Shown here one piece after another: positions 27,914 to 37,601 of a DNA stretch of 64,000 nt. The position numbers were made by a program, and so were the translations under genes. Under the pieces are notes generated by a model. That model worked only from the letters and a program-made list of their open reading frames with translations, did no database searches and was not told where the DNA came from. Origin of the DNA: a virus. Position 1 is the stretch's first letter; every line of letters starts with the position of its first letter. Location: IMG/VR virus record IMGVR_UViG_3300005530_000004, positions 10,873 to 74,872 of that record; one strand, written 5' to 3'.

Positions 27914-30790
27914 ATGTCCTCAATAAATCTTGAGAATGTAAATGTACTCGCAGAATTTGAGCATTATAAAATAAAATTTGAATTTACTGGTGACTCCGAT
28001 GAGTTAAAGACTACTTGTCCATTTCATTTGGATGAAAATCCTTCTTGCTTTGTTAATATAAGCAAGAAATCTTTTTGCTGCCATACCGCCGGGTGTGAAA
28101 AGCACGGCGAGATTATATCATTTCTTGCAGCAAAGACCAAAATATCTCGTGCGCAAATTGTAATTGAATTAGCACAGAGATATTCTCTTGATGGCGAAGA
28201 ACAACAAGTAATTGATTTTCGTACTGTAGAAAGATTCTACGCTACGGAAATGCCAGAGATATTGCGCAATGAACTCTATAAAAGAGGAATCACAGACGAA
28301 GATATTAAGTTTCATAGAATAGGTTATGATATATCAACAAAAAGAATTACAATACCTATTCGCAATCGTGAAGGTTTATTTGTTAATGTTCGCAAATATT
28401 TACCTGGCGCACCTGGAGCAGAAAAATTCAAAAATAGCAAAGGGCACGGTAAAGTAAGATTATGTCCTGTAGAACAATTAAAATATGAAACACTAATACT
28501 TTGTGGGGGAGAAATAAAAGCATTTGTTGCTGCAAGGCTAGCTAATCCACATAATGTTGGCGCAATTAGTGCAACTTGCGGAGAAGATAATTGGTCCAAA
28601 GAACTTACTGAAAACTTTATTGGTAAGCATATAATTATATGCTTTGATATTGATGAGGCAGGTAAAAATGCTGCTTTGTTACGTGCAAGAATATTGTACA
28701 AAGTAGCTGCAAGCGTTAGAATTCTAACGCTGCCGTTAAGCAGAGATAAATATCCAAAAGGCGATATAAATGATTACGTAGGACAAGAAGGCAAAACTGA
28801 TATAATCGAATTATTATCTAATGAAGAACTGTGCAAAGTATATGCACCAGTATTTACTAAGATATTAGATAATACAGAAGAGCCAGTTAAACTGCACTTA
28901 TCGGAAGCTATTGCAGCCAAGAATGTTGGAAGTAGAATACAAATAAGCTCTGTTTTATCTAGCATAGATACAGCACCATTTGTTATTCCTAAAAATACAT
29001 TTGCTTCGTGCGATCGCTCTCAAAAAGTATGTAATATTTGTTCTATCTTTAGAAATAAAGAGAATGATTTATATGACCTAAATCCAGAAAGTAGTAATCT
29101 ACTAGAGCTTGTGCATTCGAGAAAAAATGCACATAGAGATGCTTTAATGGAATCATTGGGCATACCTAAAAAATGTCCGATTGTTGAATTCCATACAAAC
29201 AATTTCTATAATTATGAAGATGCAAGAATCTCTCCGCAGCTTGAAATTACAGATCGAGCTACAGATAGATTCTTACAGCCAAGTTTAATATTGTCTGATG
29301 ATACAAATAAACTTGAACTAAATGAATCTTATGAACTTACCGGCAGAAATTGGCCGCATCCTCATTCACAACAATCTACGTTAATATTGTCTGAATATAA
29401 ACAGACTACAGATGCTCTTAGTAATTATAAACTAACGGATGAATATAAAGAAAAGCTAAAAATATTTCAGCCAGAGAACGACATTAATGACAAGTTAAAT
29501 TCCATATATGCAGATTTATCCAGCAATGTAACAAGAATATTTGCTAGAGAACCTTTGCATTTAGCTGTTGACTTAGCATTTCATTCACCATTATTCTTGA
29601 ACTTCGATAAAGAGCAAGTAAAAGGTTGGCTTGAAATATTAATTCTCGGAGATTCTGCGCAAGGTAAATCAAAAGTAAGTACAGGTCTTCGAGAATTTTA
29701 TGGTCTCGGTGAAAAAATAGAAAGTAAAAATGCAACTATTGCTGGATTACTAGGTGGACTTCAAAAAACCGGCGATAGATGGTTTGTTACTTGGGGAATA
29801 TTCCCTAACATGGATAAAAGACTTGTTATCCTTGAAGAATTAAAAGGGATGCCGCAAGAAACATTTGCTAAATTAACGGATATGCGAAGTAGTGGGCTTG
29901 CAGAAATACCAAAAATTGAAAAACGAAGAACTCACGCAAGAACTAGACTAATTGCAATATCAAATACTAGATCAGGAAGAGAGTTAGCTGGATATGTTTA
30001 TGGAGTTAAAGCTGTAGAAGAGTTAATTGGAAGTATAGAAGATGTAAGAAGGTTTGACTTAGCATTAATATTGTCTAATAAAGATGTTCCTCAAGAATTA
30101 ATCAATATACCTTCTGAAAAACGAGAGAACATCGAGCATAAATATACAAGTGATTTATGCAGAAATTTAATATTGTGGGCATGGACCGCAGAATGTAATT
30201 TTGACTTAGAAGCAGTAGAATTAATATTCAGTGCTGCAAATGAACTACCAAACTTATTTCACGATTCTATACCATTAATAGATAAAGGCTCAACTAGACA
30301 TAAAATAGCCAGACTCGCAGCGGCATTGGCTGCAAGGTTATTTTCACATTGTGAAACTGGAAACTACAATATACTTGTCAAGAAGATTCATGTTGAGCAT
30401 ATAATTAAGTTTATAAAAGAAGTATACTCTACAGCATCTTTTGGCTACGATAAATACACCGAAGCAATAATAGAGTCTGGTAGACTGCTTGACGAGAAAC
30501 AAATCATCCATGAATTTACAAATATGGATGATCCAAAAGCTTTCTGTAGAAAATTACTTAACACTAATAGTATGGATCAAGTTGATGTTGCAGATTTCTC
30601 CGGATCAGATAGAGAAACAGCAAATAATCTTGTAGGTATGTTAGTAAGAAAGAATGCAATATTTAGAGCTGGTGGAAGATATTTCAAAAATCCAGAGTTC
30701 ATTACCAAATTAAGATATTGGGAAGGTAACGGCGTCTTAAATACTAAACCAGACTACCTAAAGAAAAAGAAACCAGAGGAGAAATTCTGA
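27914..30790 (+). CDS. DnaG-type primase (zf-CHC2 + TOPRIM) fused to MCM-family AAA+ helicase
   Basis: CPFH.DENPS..CHTAGC; CGGEIK, CFDIDEAG, KGDINDY; Walker A GDSAQGKS, ATIAGLLGG, VILEE, RTRLIAISN, RRFDL. Confidence 0.85.
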   Translation: MSSINLENVNVLAEFEHYKIKFEFTGDSDELKTTCPFHLDENPSCFVNISKKSFCCHTAGCEKHGEIISFLAAKTKISRAQIVIELAQRYSLDGEEQQVIDFRTVERFYATEMPEILRNELYKRGITDEDIKFHRIGYDISTKRITIPIRNREGLFVNVRKYLPGAPGAEKFKNSKGHGKVRLCPVEQLKYETLILCGGEIKAFVAARLANPHNVGAISATCGEDNWSKELTENFIGKHIIICFDIDEAGKNAALLRARILYKVAASVRILTLPLSRDKYPKGDINDYVGQEGKTDIIELLSNEELCKVYAPVFTKILDNTEEPVKLHLSEAIAAKNVGSRIQISSVLSSIDTAPFVIPKNTFASCDRSQKVCNICSIFRNKENDLYDLNPESSNLLELVHSRKNAHRDALMESLGIPKKCPIVEFHTNNFYNYEDARISPQLEITDRATDRFLQPSLILSDDTNKLELNESYELTGRNWPHPHSQQSTLILSEYKQTTDALSNYKLTDEYKEKLKIFQPENDINDKLNSIYADLSSNVTRIFAREPLHLAVDLAFHSPLFLNFDKEQVKGWLEILILGDSAQGKSKVSTGLREFYGLGEKIESKNATIAGLLGGLQKTGDRWFVTWGIFPNMDKRLVILEELKGMPQETFAKLTDMRSSGLAEIPKIEKRRTHARTRLIAISNTRSGRELAGYVYGVKAVEELIGSIEDVRRFDLALILSNKDVPQELINIPSEKRENIEHKYTSDLCRNLILWAWTAECNFDLEAVELIFSAANELPNLFHDSIPLIDKGSTRHKIARLAAALAARLFSHCETGNYNILVKKIHVEHIIKFIKEVYSTASFGYDKYTEAIIESGRLLDEKQIIHEFTNMDDPKAFCRKLLNTNSMDQVDVADFSGSDRETANNLVGMLVRKNAIFRAGGRYFKNPEFITKLRYWEGNGVLNTKPDYLKKKKPEEKF

Positions 30791-31300
30791 TGCCAAGGTC
30801 AGAAAGTTTAACATTTACTGATGTATCAGAATTTGAAATGAATTCAATTCGTTCGTGGGTTGGTAGAAAAGAACAATCATTATTTATGGGCGAGCTACAT
30901 CGTGAACGACTACTAAAAGAAATTGATCGTTTAAATAATTTACTTGAAGAAGTGTCTACTGTCTATAAGGATTAAATTCTGATGGGATTCTATATTAATC
31001 CACCAAATGAAACTAAAGAATCTTTCTTAAAAAGAGAAGGTCTACCTATTGAATATCCATTCACTTGGGATGATATTTTAGATGATTATCTTCCTGTAAT
31101 ATTAATAAATAATGGTGTATTTAATGCTGCTGGAATTGCATATTGTGAAGATAAATTAAATGTTTTTTGTGATCCACGTGATCCTAGACCAAAAAAATAT
31201 TTTGTTGTTAAAATAGATAAACTATATGATGTTTCGCCAATACCAACGGATTTTGTATCTAAAAATTCAATAATGAAAAAGAAACCAGAGGAGAAATTCT
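30763..31300. repeat. 26-bp direct repeat flanking two small ORFs
   Basis: GAAAAAGAAACCAGAGGAGAAATTCT at 30763-30788 and 31275-31300. Confidence 0.9.
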
Positions 31301-32533
31301 AATGAAGATGTTAATTGATGCTGTTCGTTATCAACGTGAAAAAGGTCTGAACACTAATCGACATATTATCCGTAAATTTAAAGATGATTCAGAAGCTTTA
31401 AAAGAAGCTGCCGAGATAATTCGCACAGTAGTATCTGAATGTATAGAAAGAAATCTGCCCATAGACGATGCACTTGCAGTAATGCACATTGCTACTTTAA
31501 ATAATAGAACTTTAACTATCGAAGAATACACTAGAATAATTGAAGCATCGAAAGAGAATGTAGGCCCATCATTGAATAAAATTAGACAACATGATCGAGG
31601 CAACTCTGCAAGCCTCTATAAGAAAATAGACGAGCAACATAAAACAGAATTAAATACATTACGAGAGAATCTTACGGAGAACCATAGAAAAGAGCTTGAA
31701 GCACTTAAAGATCAGCATAGAAGAGATTTGGAGAAACATATATGAACAGCATATATCTAATAAGAAATAAATCTTTTCTTGATACAAATAGATATATTGC
31801 AATCTGCGCAAAAGATAGAGTTGATGCAGTTAGAATATTGCTGGAAACTTGTGGTTTAATAGTCAAAAATTGTCCTCATCCAGATATAGAAAGACTAGAA
31901 GGATTGAATTCTGGTTCGCATACAATTTATCGTGTATACTTGAATGATTCAAACCATACACAATTAGAGTTTCTGGTGACAGGATAATAGCTATGAACGA
32001 ATACATCCTTAGTCTATATTGTTATGGCAAGTTAAGACCAAATCAAGAATTACATATAAGGAATGATAGGGCATCAAATTCAAAGGATATAATTCTTGAA
32101 ATATATGATTATGATTATAAAACATATAGATCATATAGAGCCTTTAGACGTGTACCAATAGAACAATTAAAGCTGTCTACTATTGATCTTATTGAATATA
32201 CAATAAACAATATGCTTGAAGAGATAGAAAAAGAATATGAAAAACGCTAAAAACAACAAACATAAAAATAATGCTAAAAACAACGCTAAAAACAACGCTA
32301 AAAACATTCGTCAAGCCTATAACGAACTAGAAAATCGTTATAGGCTTCTTGCAGATGCACATTTAATTCTGCAACGCACAATGAAGCTGATACTAATATC
32401 TCAGAAACAAAGTCCGCCTATGCTTTCTTATTCAAATAAAGAAGCAGAATATTACACTCTCCATGAATTAGATGATATGCGATTACAAGTAAGAGAAAAT
32501 GAAGAATTAAATAGAATGGAGATAAGTATTTAA
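30790..32533 (+). other. cluster of six small hypothetical CDSs (30790-30975, 30982-31302, 31302-31745, 31742-31987, 31993-32250, 32237-32533)
   Basis: Overlapping start/stop codons, SD-like motifs. Confidence 0.6.
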
Positions 32534-32534
32534 T

Positions 32535-34793
32535 ATGAGCGAGCCAGCACAGCAGCAATCCTTATCAGATATATTTGAAGAATTTGATAATATATTTGAG
32601 AAGAAAAAACGAAAGAAAAAAGATGTATTCACTAAAACAATATCTGTAAAAGAAATGGAGGCTTCGCATGATATTAGATTTGCACAAGCTGCTTCTACTT
32701 CTACTTCTACTTCTACTTCTACTTCTATTCCTAAAAGCAACGGAGGTTTAATTTGTTACAACGATTCTTATGAACGAGTTCTTCGAGGAATAATTGGTGC
32801 TGAGACAATATTTCTCGATTTAGAAACTGGCAGCTATGATCCTAAAATAACTTCATTAGATCCTTGGAAAAATTGTTGGCCAATAGGTGTAGCAATTTGT
32901 GTAGAAGAATATGGGCCAGCTTACTATATTCCAATAAATAAAGACAACGAAAATAAAGTCTATGATCTAATATTTGCAATATTTCACCATCCAAACTGCA
33001 AGCGGTGGGTAAATCACAACGTAAAATATGATGCTCACGTATTAAAGAATTCTGGTGGAATTACACTACCGTATTCGGTGCAGTTAATCGACACTGTAAC
33101 ATTGTCTAAACTTATTGATTCAGATAGATTTAGATATGGCTTGGATATATTATCAAAAGATTGGTTAGACGAAGATATATCACAATATGAACTTGCATTC
33201 AAACCATACTTACATAAAAATAAAGACTACTCTGTAATACCAGTAGATATTATTGGGCCATATGCTTGTCAAGATGTTATTACAAATAGGAAGTTATATA
33301 AATATATTTGTGAGAATCTCCCAGAAGAGTGCTATTTTGTTCGTGATATAGAAATAGAATTGACAAGAGTTCTATTTGATATTGAACAAAATGGAATGCG
33401 AATAGATCCAGACAGTTTGCAGATAACAGAGGTTCTTAACTATAAAAAACTAATAGAAATAGAAGAAGAACTAGAACGCATTACGGGCAGGATTTTCCGT
33501 CCGCATACAAATGCAGATTGCTTTGACATTATATGTAACTTTTATGGTTTACCAGTTCTTAAATGGACAAATCAATCTGATGATGAAGAAGTAGAAGTAG
33601 ATGAAGCGGAAAATGAAGATGAAGGAAAAAAAGGAAAAGGTGGTCCAAGTTTCGACAAGTTTGCTTTAACAGCATATTTATCTCATCCGACTGTACTAAC
33701 AAACCCAAATATAAGACGGGTAATAGAATTAATATCTGAATACAGGAAGAAAAATACATTCAACAATCTATTTGTTAAAAAATATAGGGAATTGGCAAGT
33801 GGAAATTTGTTACATCCATCTTACAATCAATGTGTACGATCTGGAAGATTGTCCTGCAAGCATCCAAATGCGCAGCAATTAAATGAAGAAGCTAAAGAGT
33901 TGATATTGCCGTATGGTAATGAAGGTAATGAAGTATTCGTATCGTATGACTTTTCGCAAATTGAATATAGGACAATTGCACATTATATTGAAAGTCCATT
34001 ATTATTAGATAAATATAATAATGATCCAGACGTTGATTTCCATGAGTTCGTTGCTGAATTAGTTAGAGAACAAACTGGCCTTGAAGGAATGACAAGAAAG
34101 GGTGGTAAAACTTTAAACTTCGGTTTAGGTTTTAATATGGGGAAGGCAAAGCTATTAAAATCTTTGCGTGGCGTTAAAGATTTAATGGACAGTTTATCAA
34201 AAGAAATAGATGAAGCCGGGGTTCCTGAAAACGAAAAAGAATCTGTATTTGCACGAGAATCAGAAAAACGCGCAGAGGCAGTATTCAATGCTTATCATAG
34301 AACTTTTCCAGAAATGAAAAGAACGTCTCGACAAGCACAAGCAGTTTGCGAACAACGTGGATACATCAGAAATCTATACAATAGACGAAGACACTTAAAT
34401 AAGCAATTTGCATATAAAGCTTTCAATACAATAAATCAAGCCAGTGCTGCTGATTTGATGAAGGCAGCTATGGTTAAAATTGGTAAATTACTTAGAGATT
34501 GTAATGAAAATAGCAGCAAAATCCGTATTGTTGCTGATGTTCACGATGAAATATTATTCTCCATGCCAAAGCAGCTTGCAGAAGATGAACGAATTACACA
34601 TACTATTGCATATATTCTTGAACATCCTACTTTACCGAATAATATAGATGGAACAGAAAAGAAGTTGCTTGTTCCAATTCGTGTCTCAATGGGGATAGGT
34701 AATAATTGGAAAGAAGCCAGTAAATCTGCCAGAGTTTACAATTACGATAAAGCAGTAAGCGTTGAAGAGTTTAAGGAGATAATCAATGGATAA
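32535..34793 (+). CDS. polA: family A DNA polymerase with 3'-5' exonuclease
   Basis: FLDLET, NHNVKYD, YACQD; SGRLSCKHPNAQQ, DFSQIEYR, KTLNFG, VHDE. Confidence 0.93.
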   Translation: MSEPAQQQSLSDIFEEFDNIFEKKKRKKKDVFTKTISVKEMEASHDIRFAQAASTSTSTSTSTSIPKSNGGLICYNDSYERVLRGIIGAETIFLDLETGSYDPKITSLDPWKNCWPIGVAICVEEYGPAYYIPINKDNENKVYDLIFAIFHHPNCKRWVNHNVKYDAHVLKNSGGITLPYSVQLIDTVTLSKLIDSDRFRYGLDILSKDWLDEDISQYELAFKPYLHKNKDYSVIPVDIIGPYACQDVITNRKLYKYICENLPEECYFVRDIEIELTRVLFDIEQNGMRIDPDSLQITEVLNYKKLIEIEEELERITGRIFRPHTNADCFDIICNFYGLPVLKWTNQSDDEEVEVDEAENEDEGKKGKGGPSFDKFALTAYLSHPTVLTNPNIRRVIELISEYRKKNTFNNLFVKKYRELASGNLLHPSYNQCVRSGRLSCKHPNAQQLNEEAKELILPYGNEGNEVFVSYDFSQIEYRTIAHYIESPLLLDKYNNDPDVDFHEFVAELVREQTGLEGMTRKGGKTLNFGLGFNMGKAKLLKSLRGVKDLMDSLSKEIDEAGVPENEKESVFARESEKRAEAVFNAYHRTFPEMKRTSRQAQAVCEQRGYIRNLYNRRRHLNKQFAYKAFNTINQASAADLMKAAMVKIGKLLRDCNENSSKIRIVADVHDEILFSMPKQLAEDERITHTIAYILEHPTLPNNIDGTEKKLLVPIRVSMGIGNNWKEASKSARVYNYDKAVSVEEFKEIING

Positions 34794-34983
34794 ACAAAAT
34801 CAGCAATATAAAGCATATCTCGGCGATAGCGTCTACATAGATTTCGATGGATATGGTTTAGTATTAACGACTGAAAATGGTATAGAAACAACAAATAGAA
34901 TTTATCTTGAACCAGAAGTATTCAATAAATTAGAAGTGTATGTTAAAGAATTAAAGAAACAATTATTAGATGCGAGAGATTAA
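34786..34983 (+). CDS. conserved phage hypothetical protein
   Basis: YLGDSVY..FDGY..IYLEPEV; AAGGAG RBS. Confidence 0.6.
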   Translation: MDKQNQQYKAYLGDSVYIDFDGYGLVLTTENGIETTNRIYLEPEVFNKLEVYVKELKKQLLDARD

Positions 34984-35235
34984 ATAATGTATTTTTAAGT
35001 TTTTGGGGAAAGCTAGGGAATTAGCCGATATATGTACACTATATGTACATTTGTACACTATTTTACTGTACATTTGTCTATCTATCAAGAAAATAATATT
35101 TGGAAAATAAGAAAAATTTCCTGCTAAACAAAGTCAATTTTCTCGGGATTTTCAACAAAATATATTTGACAACGCAAGTATCATACCGGGAATGGTATTT
35201 GCGTCGCGGGCGCGGCCGCGCGAAGTAACACTGTC

Positions 35236-35329
35236 TCGGCGGATCGTCGGGCGACCGACGATCCGCCGACGATCCGCCGACGATCCGCCGACGATTCGGC
35301 CCGCTGCGCTCGATTAAATCGAGCGCAGC
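35236..35329 (+). repeat. GC-rich hairpin with GCGA tetraloop, 4x 11-bp tandem repeat, and second hairpin
   Basis: TCGGCGGATCGTCGG-GCGA-CCGACGATCCGCCGA; CCGACGATCCG x4 (35255-35298, last with one mismatch); GCTGCGCTCGAT-TAA-ATCGAGCGCAGC. Confidence 0.85.
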
Positions 35330-35368
35330 ACTTGCAAAAGATTCCTCAAAATAATCGTGGCAAGAGTA

Positions 35369-35397
35369 TTGACTTGCCGAATGAATCATGGAATACT
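35369..35397 (+). promoter_or_regulatory. sigma70-like early promoter
   Basis: TTGACT-N17-AATACT; GGCAAG..CTTGCC dyad over the -35; another TTGACA at about 35166. Confidence 0.5.
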
Positions 35398-35416
35398 TCA
35401 CCTAGTTGATTGATTG

Positions 35417-35430
35417 TGCTCTTTGAAAAC
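35417..35430 (+). promoter_or_regulatory. rrn-type boxA antitermination element
   Basis: TGCTCTTTGAAAAC about 20 nt downstream of the -10; matches the GYTCTTT(G/A)A boxA consensus. Confidence 0.65.
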
Positions 35431-35503
35431 TTGGTTAGCGCGGCAACGGTTCGACGGAGCTAGCTCCGTCCCTGCCTAATCAAGCTTGCAAGCCGCGTAC
35501 ACA

Positions 35504-35890
35504 ACCACTAGGCGTTTTATTGTGCGGCGTCGTGTTCAACAGGGCAACAGGGCAATGGTCGCCAAACAACACGACAACCACAATAAAACGGAGAGAACAA
35601 AGTGAACAAATACTTTGTAATTTGGACCTACGTTGCGAATTACGGAAACTTGGAAGTCTTCGCCGATAGTGCGGAAGAAGCTTCCAAGATCGTGCTTAGC
35701 TCTTTCAGCACTGATTTCTCGGAACGCGGAACGGTCTATGTTTTTTCCGAGCCGGAGTACATTTACAACGGCCGCGAAGAAACGAAAAAGCGGAAGCAAC
35801 AGAAAATCCAACAGGATATTGATAACAGACTCAGCCGATAAGCAACACGACAACACGACATGGACGCCGCACAATAAAACGCCTAGTGGT
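35504..35890. repeat. 28-bp perfect inverted repeat enclosing CDS 35602-35841
   Basis: ACCACTAGGCGTTTTATTGTGCGGCGTC (35504-35531) / GACGCCGCACAATAAAACGCCTAGTGGT (35863-35890). Confidence 0.95.
35602..35841 (+). CDS. small early hypothetical protein
   Basis: GGAGAG RBS, GTG start, GC-richer codons. Confidence 0.7.
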   Translation: MNKYFVIWTYVANYGNLEVFADSAEEASKIVLSSFSTDFSERGTVYVFSEPEYIYNGREETKKRKQQKIQQDIDNRLSR

Positions 35891-35896
35891 AACAAG

Positions 35897-36261
35897 TAGC
35901 TCACCAGTGATTTAATCCTGCCCTGTTGATTGTGTATCAAACGCCAAACAACACGACAACACGACAACACGAAGGATACAATAAAATGACATTGGCTAAA
36001 AAGCGTTTCGACGACAATGAAATCGTGAAAGAACACGAGCTGCCCTATCGACCATTCCGTGTCTCAGCCTCTTTGGAGAGTTTTTTTCTGCGGCTTGATG
36101 CCGCACAAATGACGCGCGAGAAATTAGAGTCTATCCAGACTCTAATCTGGCAAAAGCGCAAGGTAGAACACGATCTATGTTCCGCCGTGCAAAATGTTTT
36201 GAGGGGGCAATCTCGATAACAGGGCAACATAACAGGGCAGGATTAAATCACTGATGAGCTA
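35897..36261. repeat. 32-bp near-perfect inverted repeat enclosing CDS 35986-36219
   Basis: TAGCTCACCAGTGATTTAATCCTGCCCTGTTG (35897-35928) / TAACAGGGCAGGATTAAATCACTGATGAGCTA (36230-36261). Confidence 0.95.
35986..36219 (+). CDS. small early hypothetical protein
   Basis: AAGGA RBS, ACAATAAA immediately before ATG. Confidence 0.65.
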   Translation: MTLAKKRFDDNEIVKEHELPYRPFRVSASLESFFLRLDAAQMTREKLESIQTLIWQKRKVEHDLCSAVQNVLRGQSR

Positions 36262-36347
36262 GCAATCGTGCAACTAATTCGGTAAATTCTCGCGCCGAAT
36301 AAACTAACAATAAATGCGAGAAAACACTTTGTTTTGGAGACTGTACA

Positions 36348-37037
36348 GTGTCAACCACCCACAAGAATGCCCCCGCCAATCGTGACTCCGCGAAAGTTTC
36401 TGATCGGCCAGCCGAACAGAAAACCGAAACGGCCACGACGACGGAAAAGAGGCGTGGTCGTCCGGCCGGAAACGGCGAGAAAAAGCAAACCGGGAAAATC
36501 AAATATCCCGGAGTTGCGAACGGGGAAAAACTCTCCGTCGTGCCGACGGATTTCGACCCCGCCAAACACAAGCGATTATCTGCGGACAATTTCACTTCAC
36601 CCGCGCTTTTTGACGCGCACAAGGCGAAGCATTCCAAGCCGCGAAATTTCCACCCATTGCTTTTGAATGAGGCGGGCGAACCGGAAAACAAATTGTCGGA
36701 ATTCCCTTCTGATGTTTCGGTCGAAGTGAGTTACGATTATTCGCTTAACGGCGAAAAGATCGTCGCTTTCCGCCCGCGTCATTTTTCGGATCGTCGTGCG
36801 CTTGCAAAAGCTCTGGTTCCCGCGCTGCAAAAGCAAATCGCCGCGCTGGAAAAAATCAGCACGATGACGGACGATCAAATCGAAAAACTCGGCCGCAAGG
36901 AAGAGTTGAAGCGCGGCATCGAGAAGAAAATCAAGGAAGCGACCGGATCGACAATCAGCATGGAGATGCTCGAAAAGATGCTCGCAACTCTTCCGCCGGA
37001 GATGCAAGAAAAGTATGCTGCGGCGACGGCGGGCTAG
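36348..37037 (+). CDS. GC-rich early protein with AT-hook-like KRRGRP
   Basis: GGAGA RBS, GTG start, terminator downstream. Confidence 0.7.
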   Translation: MSTTHKNAPANRDSAKVSDRPAEQKTETATTTEKRRGRPAGNGEKKQTGKIKYPGVANGEKLSVVPTDFDPAKHKRLSADNFTSPALFDAHKAKHSKPRNFHPLLLNEAGEPENKLSEFPSDVSVEVSYDYSLNGEKIVAFRPRHFSDRRALAKALVPALQKQIAALEKISTMTDDQIEKLGRKEELKRGIEKKIKEATGSTISMEMLEKMLATLPPEMQEKYAAATAG

Positions 37038-37076
37038 TTGCTTGCGAATTACTTGTTTGGCGACAAGTTTTCTCGA

Positions 37077-37110
37077 CCCCTACGAAACAATTGTTTCGTA
37101 GGGGTTTTTT
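37077..37110 (+). terminator. Rho-independent terminator
   Basis: CCCCTACGAAAC-AATT-GTTTCGTAGGGG-TTTTTT. Confidence 0.85.
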
Positions 37111-37130
37111 CGTGCGCTGAAATAATACTT

Positions 37131-37236
37131 GCGTCGTCCAGGGAGCGAGCCAGCGTCGTCCAGGGAGCGAGCCAGCGTCGTCCAGGGAGCGAGCCAGCGT
37201 CGTCCAGGGAGCGAGCCAGCGTCGTCCAGGGAGCGA
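37131..37236. repeat. 22-bp tandem repeat x4.8 (iteron-like)
   Basis: GCGTCGTCCAGGGAGCGAGCCA x4 plus 18 bp, no spacers. Confidence 0.95.
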
Positions 37237-37601
37237 ATCCTAACAGCAGCTTGACGCGCTGCCGCGCTGTAGTTACACTGGCCGCACCGGGGCAATAGGC
37301 GCACCATGCGTCAAATAAAAATATTTATTTTCTCATTTAGCGGCGAGAAAAATAGATACAGTGAACAATAAAATGCCGCTTTTTCCACTGCACACTTCTA
37401 CTCCTCTTTTTTGGAGAAAATATAATCAAGCAATAATCCGACAATCCGACAATCCGACAATTCGACAATTATTTTTTTCTCTGAACAATAAAACATGCTG
37501 TAACATTGGAGTTGCTGCAAGCCGATCGGATCGACCAAAATAAATCATTCACGCAAATAATTCCTACGTAGGAATTAAAAATTGAAGGGATACAAAAGAC
37601 A

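Noticed and set aside
36262-37075. Third inverted-repeat clamp around gene 36348
   Set aside because: Only 7-9 bp complementarities (GCAACTA/TAGTTGC, CGAGAAAAC/GTTTTCTCG) and they cross rather than nest
37131-37236. CRISPR array
   Set aside because: Repeats are head-to-tail with no spacers; no cas genes
35078-37543. Minus-strand and overlapping ORFs in the GC-rich early region (e.g. 35078-35401, 35536-36036, 36248-36691, 37038-37298)
   Set aside because: No RBS; they overlap better-supported + strand genes or repeats; expected by chance in GC-rich DNA
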